Shown here piece after piece: positions 56,370 through 64,000 of a DNA stretch of 64,000 nucleotides (the stretch's first letter is position 1; every line of letters starts with the position of its first letter). The stretch is from a virus (lineage: Duplodnaviria > Heunggongvirae > Uroviricota > Caudoviricetes): IMG/VR virus record IMGVR_UViG_3300035682_000015; one strand, written 5' to 3'. Below the pieces are notes generated by a model, which was given only the letters and a program-made list of their open reading frames with translations, had not been told where the DNA came from and did no database searches. Made by a program: the position numbers and the translations under genes.

Positions 56370-56392
56370 AAGGGACAATTAAGTCCCTTTTT
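56370..56392. terminator. bidirectional intrinsic terminator
   Basis: AGGGAC-aattaa-GTCCCT with A/T flanks. Confidence 0.65.
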
Positions 56393-56394
56393 AA

Positions 56395-56823
56395 TTATTC
56401 AGAAATTTCAATAACTTCTAAATCAAATATAAGATTTTTACCGGCTAACGGATGATTTGCGTCTAATGTGACAGTTTCATCATTCACGGCAACGACTTGA
56501 ACATTAACGGGCCCTTGAGGTCCCATACCTTGTAAAGATTCACCAACTTGAATTCCTTCAGGAACATTAGTTTTTGGAACTTCATTGATAAATTCAGGTT
56601 TTGGCTCACCGTAAGCGTCTTCCACAGAAATCTCAACAGTTTTTTTATCACCTTCAGACATATCAATTAATCCTGATTCAAATCCTTTAATAAGTTGTCC
56701 TAAACCTAGTTCAACTTCTAATGGTTCTCTACCTTCAGCGATTGATGTATCAAAAATTGTTCCGTCTTCTAATCTACCTGTGTAATGTACTTTTACTTTA
56801 CTTGTTGTTTCTACTTTTTTCAT
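56395..56823 (-). CDS. FKBP-type peptidyl-prolyl cis-trans isomerase (SlyD/FkpB-like)
   Basis: VKVHYTGRLEDGTIFDTS ... IKGFESGLIDMSEGDKKTVEI ... YGEPKPEF. Confidence 0.8.
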   Translation of the reverse strand: MKKVETTSKVKVHYTGRLEDGTIFDTSIAEGREPLEVELGLGQLIKGFESGLIDMSEGDKKTVEISVEDAYGEPKPEFINEVPKTNVPEGIQVGESLQGMGPQGPVNVQVVAVNDETVTLDANHPLAGKNLIFDLEVIEISE

Positions 56824-56943
56824 AAAATTAAATGTTTTAGATAATTATAAGATTAATAAAAATAAAAATCAAACCATATTGATTAAAAAACAAAATATTA
56901 CTATAATTATTAGTAATTAACCCCCTAAAACTTTTATATTATT

Positions 56944-57138
56944 ATGTCAAACGAAGAACACGTTGAGGAAATGTACTATTTCGCACATATTTCAGGAGTA
57001 TTCAGAGAATTCTCAAATGAAGTAACTAAAATTAGAAATAATGACCCAAAAATTAATTTTTCTACGGTCGTCCAGGAAGTGTTTGAAAGTTTTACGACAG
57101 AAGGTTTAATTCAATCTGATTTACATTTATTTATTTAA
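56944..57138 (+). CDS. hypothetical small protein
   Basis: 64 aa. Confidence 0.4.
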   Translation: MSNEEHVEEMYYFAHISGVFREFSNEVTKIRNNDPKINFSTVVQEVFESFTTEGLIQSDLHLFI

Positions 57139-57400
57139 CATCGATTGAGTGACTTATGTTAATATTTTCTCTAAGTCCCGTATATTTCCAACTCTCCATC
57201 ACTAAAAGAATTAATCCATCAGGGAAAAAATCTTCACATAATTCAGGGTCGGTTGTAAGTAATTTACAATCGATTGTGAAACATTTATTATTGGTTGAGT
57301 ATTTGATAAAATTAATAACAACTTGGCTACCTTCACCAAATAAGGTTTCCATCTCATCTTTTCGTAAATTGTTTATGTAAAATTGAACTGACCTTTTCAT
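57131..57400 (-). CDS. hypothetical protein
   Basis: ATG MKRSVQFY; track start is TTG. Confidence 0.45.
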   Translation of the reverse strand: MKRSVQFYINNLRKDEMETLFGEGSQVVINFIKYSTNNKCFTIDCKLLTTDPELCEDFFPDGLILLVMESWKYTGLRENINISHSIDVK

Positions 57401-57486
57401 ATTGTTAAATATAAGATTAAATAATGGTAATTTCAATTGAAAATTTGATTTAACCAAATTAATGATTTATTCTTAAAGAAAAAACT

Positions 57487-57747
57487 ATGTATTTAAATGT
57501 AATTTTAACAATTTTCGTGATTGTCCAAGTGGTGACAATAGTATTAATTTATAAATGGTGGAAAAAATATGGAAGAAAACTTTTCACATCATTTACTGAA
57601 ATAAAAAAAAGTTTTCCATCTCAAATGATGAATTCTGTTAGTAAAGATGGTATTAAAAACCCTAATTTATTCGCAAATATCCCGGACATGAGTGAAATGA
57701 TGAAACAATTAGAGTCTATGACTAAAAATATGGGTAAATTCAAATAA
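57487..57747 (+). CDS. membrane-anchored small protein
   Basis: N-terminal TM. Confidence 0.45.
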   Translation: MYLNVILTIFVIVQVVTIVLIYKWWKKYGRKLFTSFTEIKKSFPSQMMNSVSKDGIKNPNLFANIPDMSEMMKQLESMTKNMGKFK

Positions 57748-57959
57748 TGGACGTATATCAAATTCACCAGGAGTTCAATTGGGTTAATAAGGTCTTATTT
57801 TCATCCCAAACTGATAAACATATAGAATGTTGTATTAATTTATTCAATAATTTTATGAATAAATGGAGTTTTGAGATGACTCAAGATTTAAAAATAAATT
57901 TTAATCGAGATTTTAATGAAAATTATTTGTCTCATAAAGAAAAATTACTATCTTTGTAA
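57747..57959 (+). CDS. hypothetical small protein
   Basis: TAATG coupling. Confidence 0.4.
   Translation: MDVYQIHQEFNWVNKVLFSSQTDKHIECCINLFNNFMNKWSFEMTQDLKINFNRDFNENYLSHKEKLLSL
57949..57956 (+). promoter_or_regulatory. -7 promoter element TATCTTTG
   Basis: 16 nt upstream of ATG 57973. Confidence 0.45.
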
Positions 57960-57972
57960 AAAAATATTAGAA

Positions 57973-58620
57973 ATGGAACCAGAAAAAGACATATTCGACG
58001 AATGGGCGGAAAAATCTGAAAAAAAATCGTGGATTGTACGAAAAATACAGTTTATTCCGTTGTGGTGGAATCACGATGGTAGATATTACCACAAATACAT
58101 CAAACAAGGTGTGAAGAACCTAATTTATTGGTTCCCAATTATATGGAAAGACCGAAATTGGGATAGTCATTATATCTTTGAGATTATGAAACATAAATTA
58201 TCAGGACAAGCTGAATATATTGGTCGTAGAGACTTACATACTCGAGCTCAAGAAGATGTAAAAAGAATGAAATTGTGCGTAAAATTGATGGGGTTAGTTC
58301 AAGATGAATTTTATTCAGGCGAATACACTGACTATCATAATACAAAACATTGGTTTGAACCCGTACCGGGAAAAGAAGGGTATAGTTCTTGGGAATCACG
58401 ATTATTAGAAGAAAACTTCGATGACTACTTTAAAAAATATCCACGAATTTATAAAAGAGTCTTAAATGGTGAAGGTATTTTTTCATTAGAAGACCACGAT
58501 AACGTCAGTACCGATAAAAAACAAAGAATTGCTATGAATATCGGACATATTAACCACGATAGAGCTCGAAAATTGTTATTCAATATTATGAGTGATAATA
58601 TTGAAAAATGGTGGGATTGA
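57973..58620 (+). CDS. hypothetical protein
   Basis: ATG MEPEKDIFDEW. Confidence 0.5.
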   Translation: MEPEKDIFDEWAEKSEKKSWIVRKIQFIPLWWNHDGRYYHKYIKQGVKNLIYWFPIIWKDRNWDSHYIFEIMKHKLSGQAEYIGRRDLHTRAQEDVKRMKLCVKLMGLVQDEFYSGEYTDYHNTKHWFEPVPGKEGYSSWESRLLEENFDDYFKKYPRIYKRVLNGEGIFSLEDHDNVSTDKKQRIAMNIGHINHDRARKLLFNIMSDNIEKWWD

Positions 58621-58925
58621 GCGAAAACACAAAAGGACATTCAACAAGACACAAGGCTAAAGAATGGCCACTAACAAATAAAGAAAATATGAAAAATTAT
58701 GTGGTAGGGATTTTAAGTTTGTTTGAAAACGACTTACAATTATTTAAAGTTGAAGCTGAAGACAAATATGAAGCTTTGAAAAAAGGAATGGTAGATTATA
58801 CTTCGGAAGAGTATAAACAAGATGAAATTGAATTTCAAAATGGTGACGTATGTCCCCCAAATTTTAAATCATTAACTGATTACTATTCCGTAGGAGAATT
58901 AATGACAAATGTTATAGAAATCTAA
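58608..58925 (+). CDS. hypothetical protein
   Basis: 105 aa. Confidence 0.45.
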   Translation: MVGLSENTKGHSTRHKAKEWPLTNKENMKNYVVGILSLFENDLQLFKVEAEDKYEALKKGMVDYTSEEYKQDEIEFQNGDVCPPNFKSLTDYYSVGELMTNVIEI

Positions 58926-58935
58926 GATTTTTTAT

Positions 58936-58943
58936 TATCTTTG
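58936..58943 (+). promoter_or_regulatory. -7 promoter element TATCTTTG
   Basis: 17 nt upstream of 58961. Confidence 0.45.
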
Positions 58944-58960
58944 TAAAAAAAATAGAAATT

Positions 58961-59653
58961 ATGAAAGTGACTTTTTTATCTGATACGCACAATAAACACA
59001 AACAAGTGACGGCCGATTTACCGGGAGGTGATTTGTTAGTTCATAGTGGAGACATTTCTTCTATGGGTTACGAACACGAAATCAGAGAGTTCTGTAAGTG
59101 GTTTAACAACATAGAAGGTTACACTCACAAGGTATTTATTGCTGGAAATCACGATTGGGGTTTTCAAGACAACGTTGATAAGGTAAAAGAAATATTAGAT
59201 TTCTACTCCGGAATCACATATCTTCAGGATAGTGAATTGGTAATCAAAGTTGGTGATGAGAGAGAAGTAAAAATCTATGGTAGCCCTTGGCAACCTTGGT
59301 TTTACGATTGGGCATTTAATTTACCTAAAAATGGTTTTGGGTTAGCTAGTAAATGGGAAGGAATCCCTGATGATACCGACATCTTACTTACCCACGGACC
59401 AGCATTTGGAATATTAGATACTGTTGATGGTAGAAGACACGACAACTTAGGTTGTGAGTTATTAGTTGAAAGATTAGAGAGATTGAATGTTAAACTTCAT
59501 AATGTTGGTCACATCCATACCGGATATGGTTACGTTAGAAAAGGAGATACCCACCACTTTAATTCTGCGGTGTTAGATGAGAGATACATCTACACTCAAA
59601 AACCAATGACTATTGATTGGAATCCGGAAACAAACGAAGTTGAGTTTGTGTAA
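58961..59653 (+). CDS. calcineurin-like metallophosphoesterase
   Basis: LSDTH, GDLLVHSGDI, GNHDWG, THGP, GHIHTGYG motifs. Confidence 0.65.
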   Translation: MKVTFLSDTHNKHKQVTADLPGGDLLVHSGDISSMGYEHEIREFCKWFNNIEGYTHKVFIAGNHDWGFQDNVDKVKEILDFYSGITYLQDSELVIKVGDEREVKIYGSPWQPWFYDWAFNLPKNGFGLASKWEGIPDDTDILLTHGPAFGILDTVDGRRHDNLGCELLVERLERLNVKLHNVGHIHTGYGYVRKGDTHHFNSAVLDERYIYTQKPMTIDWNPETNEVEFV

Positions 59654-59662
59654 TAATAAAAC

Positions 59663-59690
59663 CCCTACTGAAGAGTGGGGGTTTTATTTT
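59663..59690. terminator. bidirectional intrinsic terminator
   Basis: CCCCTACT-gaag-AGTGGGGG. Confidence 0.65.
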
Positions 59691-59992
59691 GTTTTAATTG
59701 ATATTGTGTTACCAGTGACGTATTCTATTGTATATTCGTCCGGTGTTAAATAATACGTTTTATAATAGTATTCTTGAATTAATTCTTTTAATTTTTCATC
59801 CATTTCATACCCATCATCAAATTTATGTCTTTGGTATTTTTGTATTAAATCATAAAATTCATCACTAACACATCTTGTTCTTTGTTTCCATTGGCCAACA
59901 ATTCGTTTATAAACGTGAAATGTTACTTGAGTTGGACAGGTTTCGTATCTACCAATTTTTTCATATTGGTCTTCAGTAATAATTATTTTCAT
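59684..59992 (-). CDS. MKIIITE-leader family protein
   Basis: MKIIITEDQYEKIGRYE. Confidence 0.5.
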   Translation of the reverse strand: MKIIITEDQYEKIGRYETCPTQVTFHVYKRIVGQWKQRTRCVSDEFYDLIQKYQRHKFDDGYEMDEKLKELIQEYYYKTYYLTPDEYTIEYVTGNTISIKTK

Positions 59993-59993
59993 A

Positions 59994-60230
59994 TTACAAA
60001 TTTTGCCAAACCACTTGTGGTATTTTAGTCCATACTTCGTCAGAACCTTCTTTTTTTAAGTGCGGTAATGTTTTGATATATTTATGAATAAATTTTGGAC
60101 CTCTTTCAATTCTTTTAATCATAGATTCCCGTCTATATAATTGGTCAGGTTTATAATGGTCTTGTTCAGAAATAACTCTTCTAATAATGTTGGTTAAATC
60201 TGATTCGGTTAATCTTACTATTTTTTTCAT
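59994..60230 (-). CDS. LTESDL-leader small protein
   Basis: MKKIVRLTESDLTNIIRRVISEQ. Confidence 0.5.
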   Translation of the reverse strand: MKKIVRLTESDLTNIIRRVISEQDHYKPDQLYRRESMIKRIERGPKFIHKYIKTLPHLKKEGSDEVWTKIPQVVWQNL

Positions 60231-60255
60231 AATGATAAATATTAACTAAAATAAA

Positions 60256-60287
60256 AAACCCCACATTTACGGTGGGGGTTTTTATTA
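60256..60287. terminator. bidirectional intrinsic terminator
   Basis: CCCCAC-atttac-GGTGGGGG. Confidence 0.65.
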
Positions 60288-60473
60288 TCCATTCATAATC
60301 TGTTGTAATTGACCCATAATTCTTTGTTGTTGTTCTAAAAGTTTGTTTATTTTAGATTGTTGTTCTTGGTTTAGGTCAATATTCTCCCCTTTAATTGAGG
60401 CGATTTCATTAGCAATTCTATCGAAACCATACGTTAGATTGTTGTACTGTTGGGCTTTTTGTTCTTCGTTCAT
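60285..60473 (-). CDS. coiled-coil small protein
   Basis: 62 aa Q-rich. Confidence 0.4.
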   Translation of the reverse strand: MNEEQKAQQYNNLTYGFDRIANEIASIKGENIDLNQEQQSKINKLLEQQQRIMGQLQQIMNG

Positions 60474-60598
60474 ATTTTAATTATAAATAGATTAATAAAA
60501 AAGTAAAACATATTGACTTTTTATCTCAATATAGTATATTTATTACCAATGAACCGATATGAATTATACACGCCGAACAATTATATTACTGAAAAGTA

Positions 60599-60632
60599 AG
60601 TCCCTATTTTATTTTAGGGACTTTTTTTTGCC
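60599..60632 (+). terminator. orphan intrinsic terminator after 16-codon mini-ORF
   Basis: AGTCCCTA-loop-TAGGGACT + T8 in divergent intergenic region. Confidence 0.5.
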
Positions 60633-60666
60633 CATATGTTAAAAATTAAAATTAAATATAAAAACC

Positions 60667-61497
60667 ATGAAAAACACAAAAACTTACCACGAGTTGGTAC
60701 AAAAATTAAGAACGTTCTTCGTAAATAAGAACTTTATTGAGGTTCCGACCCAATCAAGATTATCTATTTTAGCTGCTTGTGAAAACCCACACTCAGTAAA
60801 AACCTTTGAATATGGGGGTGAAATTTGGCCATTACCACAAACCGGGCAAATGTGGTTAGAATTGGAATTATTGAAGAATCCTGAATGGGATGGAGTGTTC
60901 TGTATTTCAACATCATATAGAGAAGAGAAAAATCCAATCCCGGGTCGTCACGAATTAATCTTTCCCATGTTTGAATTTGAATCAAAGGGCGGTATGCTTC
61001 ATTTACTCGTATTAGAACGTGAATTATTACAATATTTAGGTTTCTCAGAACCAGTTCCCGTAGATTACGAACAAGTTTGTAAAGAATATGGAGATGTTTC
61101 TATTTTAGAAGATGAACACGAATCGAGAATGTGGAAAGAAAAAAGTGAGGTTATATCATTACAAAACTTTCCAATTAGAACAAACCCATTTTGGAATATG
61201 AAACACGATTCAGATAACATCTTCAATAAGGTTGACGTAATCCTTTTTGGTCAAGAAACTATTGGTTCTGCTGAAAGAAGTTGTGATGTTGAAAAGATGC
61301 GAGAGATGTTCTATACAATTGAAGGTGGTGGTTACTCTCAGAAATTATTTGAATTATTTGGAAAAGATAGAGTTGAGAAAGAATTAAAAGAATTCTTATC
61401 TTTGGACTTTTTCCCAAGATTCGGAGCCGGAATTGGTTTAACAAGATTGGCAAGAGCTTATGAATTAAATCAAAAAGTTTTGGAAGTTATAGAATAA
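60667..61497 (+). CDS. class-II aminoacyl-tRNA synthetase catalytic-core paralog (EpmA/GenX- or AsnA-like), no anticodon-binding domain
   Basis: Motif 1 FFVNKNFIEVPTQ; motif 2 YREEKNPIPGRHELIFPMFEFE; motif 3 RFGAGIGLTRLARAY. Confidence 0.6.
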   Translation: MKNTKTYHELVQKLRTFFVNKNFIEVPTQSRLSILAACENPHSVKTFEYGGEIWPLPQTGQMWLELELLKNPEWDGVFCISTSYREEKNPIPGRHELIFPMFEFESKGGMLHLLVLERELLQYLGFSEPVPVDYEQVCKEYGDVSILEDEHESRMWKEKSEVISLQNFPIRTNPFWNMKHDSDNIFNKVDVILFGQETIGSAERSCDVEKMREMFYTIEGGGYSQKLFELFGKDRVEKELKEFLSLDFFPRFGAGIGLTRLARAYELNQKVLEVIE

Positions 61498-61502
61498 TTT
61501 AT

Positions 61503-61510
61503 TACCTTTG
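61503..61510 (+). promoter_or_regulatory. -7 promoter element TACCTTTG, 4 nt from ATG (leaderless class)
   Basis: direct read. Confidence 0.4.
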
Positions 61511-61514
61511 TCCT

Positions 61515-61697
61515 ATGAGTAAAGTGGTAAAAGAATTAGGAAAAAAGTGGGAACAGATTTATGATGACCCCGATGAAACAGTTATTTGGAGATATGATAC
61601 TTCAAAAAGTAAATTTGGACCTTATGAGGTCGAAATAAAATACAAACGACCAGTGGTTAGAACCAAGAAAGTCACAAGAAAGGTTACTGTAAAGTAA
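61515..61697 (+). CDS. small basic protein
   Basis: 60 aa. Confidence 0.4.
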   Translation: MSKVVKELGKKWEQIYDDPDETVIWRYDTSKSKFGPYEVEIKYKRPVVRTKKVTRKVTVK

Positions 61698-61781
61698 CCT
61701 TTTTCGTTTTTAATACTAACAAATACACAAATAAATTTTACAATATTTATTATAATATAAACAATTGTAAAATTAAAAATT

Positions 61782-62600
61782 ATGTTATTAAAAATAGGGT
61801 CGACAGGTGATGACGTAAAAAAACTACAAACAAAACTAGGGGCAACACCTGATGGAACTTTTGGTCCTGGTACAGATAAATTGGTGAAAGAATGGCAAGC
61901 CAAAAATGGATTAACCGCTGACGGACTTGTTGGTGATGGAACTTGGATAAAAATGTTTGGTTCGGTAATTAAAGAAGATGTTATAATACCTTCTTCAGGG
62001 AATTTAAAATTGGAAAAATTAAAAGGACATATCCCGGATTCCGTTATTACTCAAATTCCTGAAGTTGCTTCTAAATTTGGTATTACTAGTAATTTAAGAC
62101 TGGCTCACTTCTTGTCACAGGCTAGTCACGAATCAGGGGGTTTTAAAGCGGTTCAAGAAAATGTGAATTATTCGTCGGATGGTCTTAAAAAAATATTCCC
62201 AAAATATTTCCCTGGTAACTTATCAGAATCTTACGCTAGAAATCCTGAAAAAATCGCATCTCGTGTTTATGGTGGTAGAATGGGTAATGGTGATGAAGCA
62301 TCAAAAGAAGGTTATAAATTTCGTGGAAGAGGATTTTTACAAACCACAGGTAAAGAAAACTACACAAAATTTACAAAATTTATTGGTGAAGATTGTGTTA
62401 GTAATCCAGACCTTGTGGCGACAAAATATCCATTGGCATCTGCGGCATTTTTCTTTACATCAAACAGTCTTTGGTCTATTTGTGATAAAGGAGCGACAAC
62501 TGATGTTGTGACTCAATTAACTAAGAGAATAAATGGTGGGACAATAGGGTTAGACCAACGAATTAAAGAGTTTAATGAATTTTATAACTTATTGAAGTAA
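61782..62600 (+). CDS. endolysin: PG-binding domain + GH19-like muramidase/chitinase domain
   Basis: N-term LQTKLGATPDGTFGPGTDKLVKEWQAKNGLTADGLVGDGTW; C-term AHFLSQASHESGG ... YGGRMGNGD ... FRGRGFLQTTGKENY. Confidence 0.8.
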   Translation: MLLKIGSTGDDVKKLQTKLGATPDGTFGPGTDKLVKEWQAKNGLTADGLVGDGTWIKMFGSVIKEDVIIPSSGNLKLEKLKGHIPDSVITQIPEVASKFGITSNLRLAHFLSQASHESGGFKAVQENVNYSSDGLKKIFPKYFPGNLSESYARNPEKIASRVYGGRMGNGDEASKEGYKFRGRGFLQTTGKENYTKFTKFIGEDCVSNPDLVATKYPLASAAFFFTSNSLWSICDKGATTDVVTQLTKRINGGTIGLDQRIKEFNEFYNLLK

Positions 62601-62610
62601 CTTACTTATT

Positions 62611-62886
62611 ATGGAAAAAAAAGAAAATACGGGAGGAATAACGGATACTTTTTTTAATAAATTAAAGGAACAATCATTTACCATTATATTATTGGTGGGG
62701 ATTATGTATTATCAAAATATGACCTTTAACAATCAACTTGTTGAGTATAAAAAAATGATTGATGATAAAGAAACATTAATTTTAAAACTCACTGACGACG
62801 AAAGACAGAGATTAATTGAAAGAACTGAATATTTATTAGAACAACGTGATAAGTATGTTGAGGAATTAATAAATAATAATAAATAA
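62611..62886 (+). CDS. membrane protein downstream of endolysin (holin/spanin candidate)
   Basis: Single TM then coiled-coil. Confidence 0.4.
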   Translation: MEKKENTGGITDTFFNKLKEQSFTIILLVGIMYYQNMTFNNQLVEYKKMIDDKETLILKLTDDERQRLIERTEYLLEQRDKYVEELINNNK

Positions 62887-62889
62887 AAA

Positions 62890-63327
62890 ATGAATAAGAA
62901 ATTAATTAATGAAGATATTGCAAATATGAAATATCTTTTTGGGTATAAGGCTGGTAGAGTTATTTCAGAACAAGATTTTGATTATACTACCGACGATTAT
63001 TTGGATACTGAAATAGATGAAAGTGGTTTACCTGAAAGATTAGTGAAACATATGGATAGTGATAAGATTGTTGGAACCCACAAACACGGAATAGGTTTTA
63101 CCCCAAATCGTCACGGAGAAGAATTAGGTTTTGACATCCATTTAACAGATATACCACACGAAACTAAATTTGGTGGTGTTGAAGTTGGTGATTTTGATGA
63201 AGAAATGGAAGAAGGTTATGGATACGACGATGTTGATGAAACTAACCCTGATGATTTTGAAGACGATACTTTTGGGGATTTTGATTTAAGTAAATTAGGT
63301 CTTGATGACGAAGATGAAGAATATTAA
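62890..63327 (+). CDS. acidic hypothetical protein
   Basis: 145 aa D/E-rich C-terminus. Confidence 0.45.
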   Translation: MNKKLINEDIANMKYLFGYKAGRVISEQDFDYTTDDYLDTEIDESGLPERLVKHMDSDKIVGTHKHGIGFTPNRHGEELGFDIHLTDIPHETKFGGVEVGDFDEEMEEGYGYDDVDETNPDDFEDDTFGDFDLSKLGLDDEDEEY

Positions 63328-63331
63328 TATA

Positions 63332-63358
63332 AAAACCCCCAATTAAGGGGGTTTTTAA
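63332..63358. terminator. bidirectional intrinsic terminator
   Basis: CCCCC-aattaa-GGGGG with A5/T5 flanks. Confidence 0.7.
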
Positions 63359-63360
63359 TT

Positions 63361-63957
63361 TTAAGATAAGTCCTTCGACATATTGATTGCTGCTTGTAAA
63401 GCTTCAGGATTATTCTCAATTACTTTATGACCTCGTTTAGTATAAGGCATTACATAAGATATTCCGGATTTTACCATCCATTTTTTATCTAAGTCATCAC
63501 TTTCATCAAATAATTTGTCGTATTTTTGTTTCCAGCCAACCCATTCCCACTCTTCGTAGTCCTCTTCTTTTGGTTTATAAGATGGGTCAAATAATCTATC
63601 ACCAATTTTAAATGTTTGTCCCCCTCTGTGGGTGTATCCGTGATATCCGGCAATAAATTGTTGGTCGGGATACATATCATTGTATTCAATAATTGTTGCA
63701 ACTCCGTGGGGGTATTCATCATTCACCACCATATTGTTTTGATAATACCACCAACCTATCTCAATATCTCCAATATATTCACCCGTCTTTGATAAAAATG
63801 AATTAGGTAATTCATGTTCATTTTCATCCCCAAATGTATGATTTTTAATGATTCCACCAGTATATTTTTGAATTTTATAAACGCATTCGGGATTAACAAC
63901 CCATCCGGCAGATGTTCTAACTGGTGTAATTCTTGAAACAAGTTTTGTAAAACCCAA
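63361..63957 (-). CDS. hypothetical protein (probable TTG start)
   Basis: 198 aa; no in-frame ATG near 5' end. Confidence 0.4.
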   Translation of the reverse strand: MGFTKLVSRITPVRTSAGWVVNPECVYKIQKYTGGIIKNHTFGDENEHELPNSFLSKTGEYIGDIEIGWWYYQNNMVVNDEYPHGVATIIEYNDMYPDQQFIAGYHGYTHRGGQTFKIGDRLFDPSYKPKEEDYEEWEWVGWKQKYDKLFDESDDLDKKWMVKSGISYVMPYTKRGHKVIENNPEALQAAINMSKDLS

Positions 63958-64000
63958 ATTTAAGTGAATTTTGTTTAATTTATCTTTTCCGGTGTATTCT

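Noticed and set aside
1-64000. CRISPR array, integrase/att sites or transposase
   Set aside because: No spacer-repeat architecture and no integrase, recombinase or transposase motifs were found in any frame. The only tandem repeats are the 23-bp x3 and coding 66-bp x5 sets described.

Overview
The window is AT-rich (roughly 30% GC), densely coding and read almost entirely on the + strand. Short minus-strand cassettes are set off by bidirectional hairpin terminators. Three lines of evidence point to a large lytic phage of a Bacteroidetes (Flavobacteriia-like) host: there are no Shine-Dalgarno sequences; a TAnnTTTG motif (mostly TATCTTTG) recurs upstream of genes, matching the Bacteroidetes sigma-A -7 element; and the inventory is phage-like. 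That inventory includes three GIY-YIG endonucleases and one HNH endonuclease, a long-insert ThyA, ClpP, a GH19 endolysin with a PG-binding domain, a tRNA gene and many small ORFs of unknown function. The genome is highly paralogous. Several protein families share conserved N-terminal leaders (MKIIITESQ... and MNLQENIxRIxxMMGI...). A tandem array of modular paralogs at 27.7-31.8 kb is joined by exact 18-nt linkers. Promoter-plus-start units are duplicated in several places. Recognisable enzymes form an RNA/translation-oriented set: a 153-nt tRNA gene with about 65 nt of extra sequence, a LigT-like 2H phosphoesterase, a CCA-type nucleotidyltransferase head domain, and a class-II aaRS catalytic-core paralog (EpmA/AsnA-like). 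Other enzymes include a RelA/SpoT-type HD alarmone hydrolase, GT2 and LpxH-like envelope enzymes, GNAT and FGase-like enzymes, an SGNH hydrolase, a nitroreductase, a flavodoxin-like reductase, an FKBP PPIase and two metallophosphoesterases. The most unusual locus is a ~2.5-kb island at 22.4-24.9 kb with foreign composition. It carries three perfect 23-bp tandem repeats directly after an ORF, repeated TTATCAACA / GTTATTAAC / TGTCAT motifs on both flanks, and a ~150-nt poly-C tract block. This looks like an iteron-type replication or mobile module placed directly downstream of the HNH endonuclease gene. Functions below are inferred from motifs read directly in the translations. No database searches were run.
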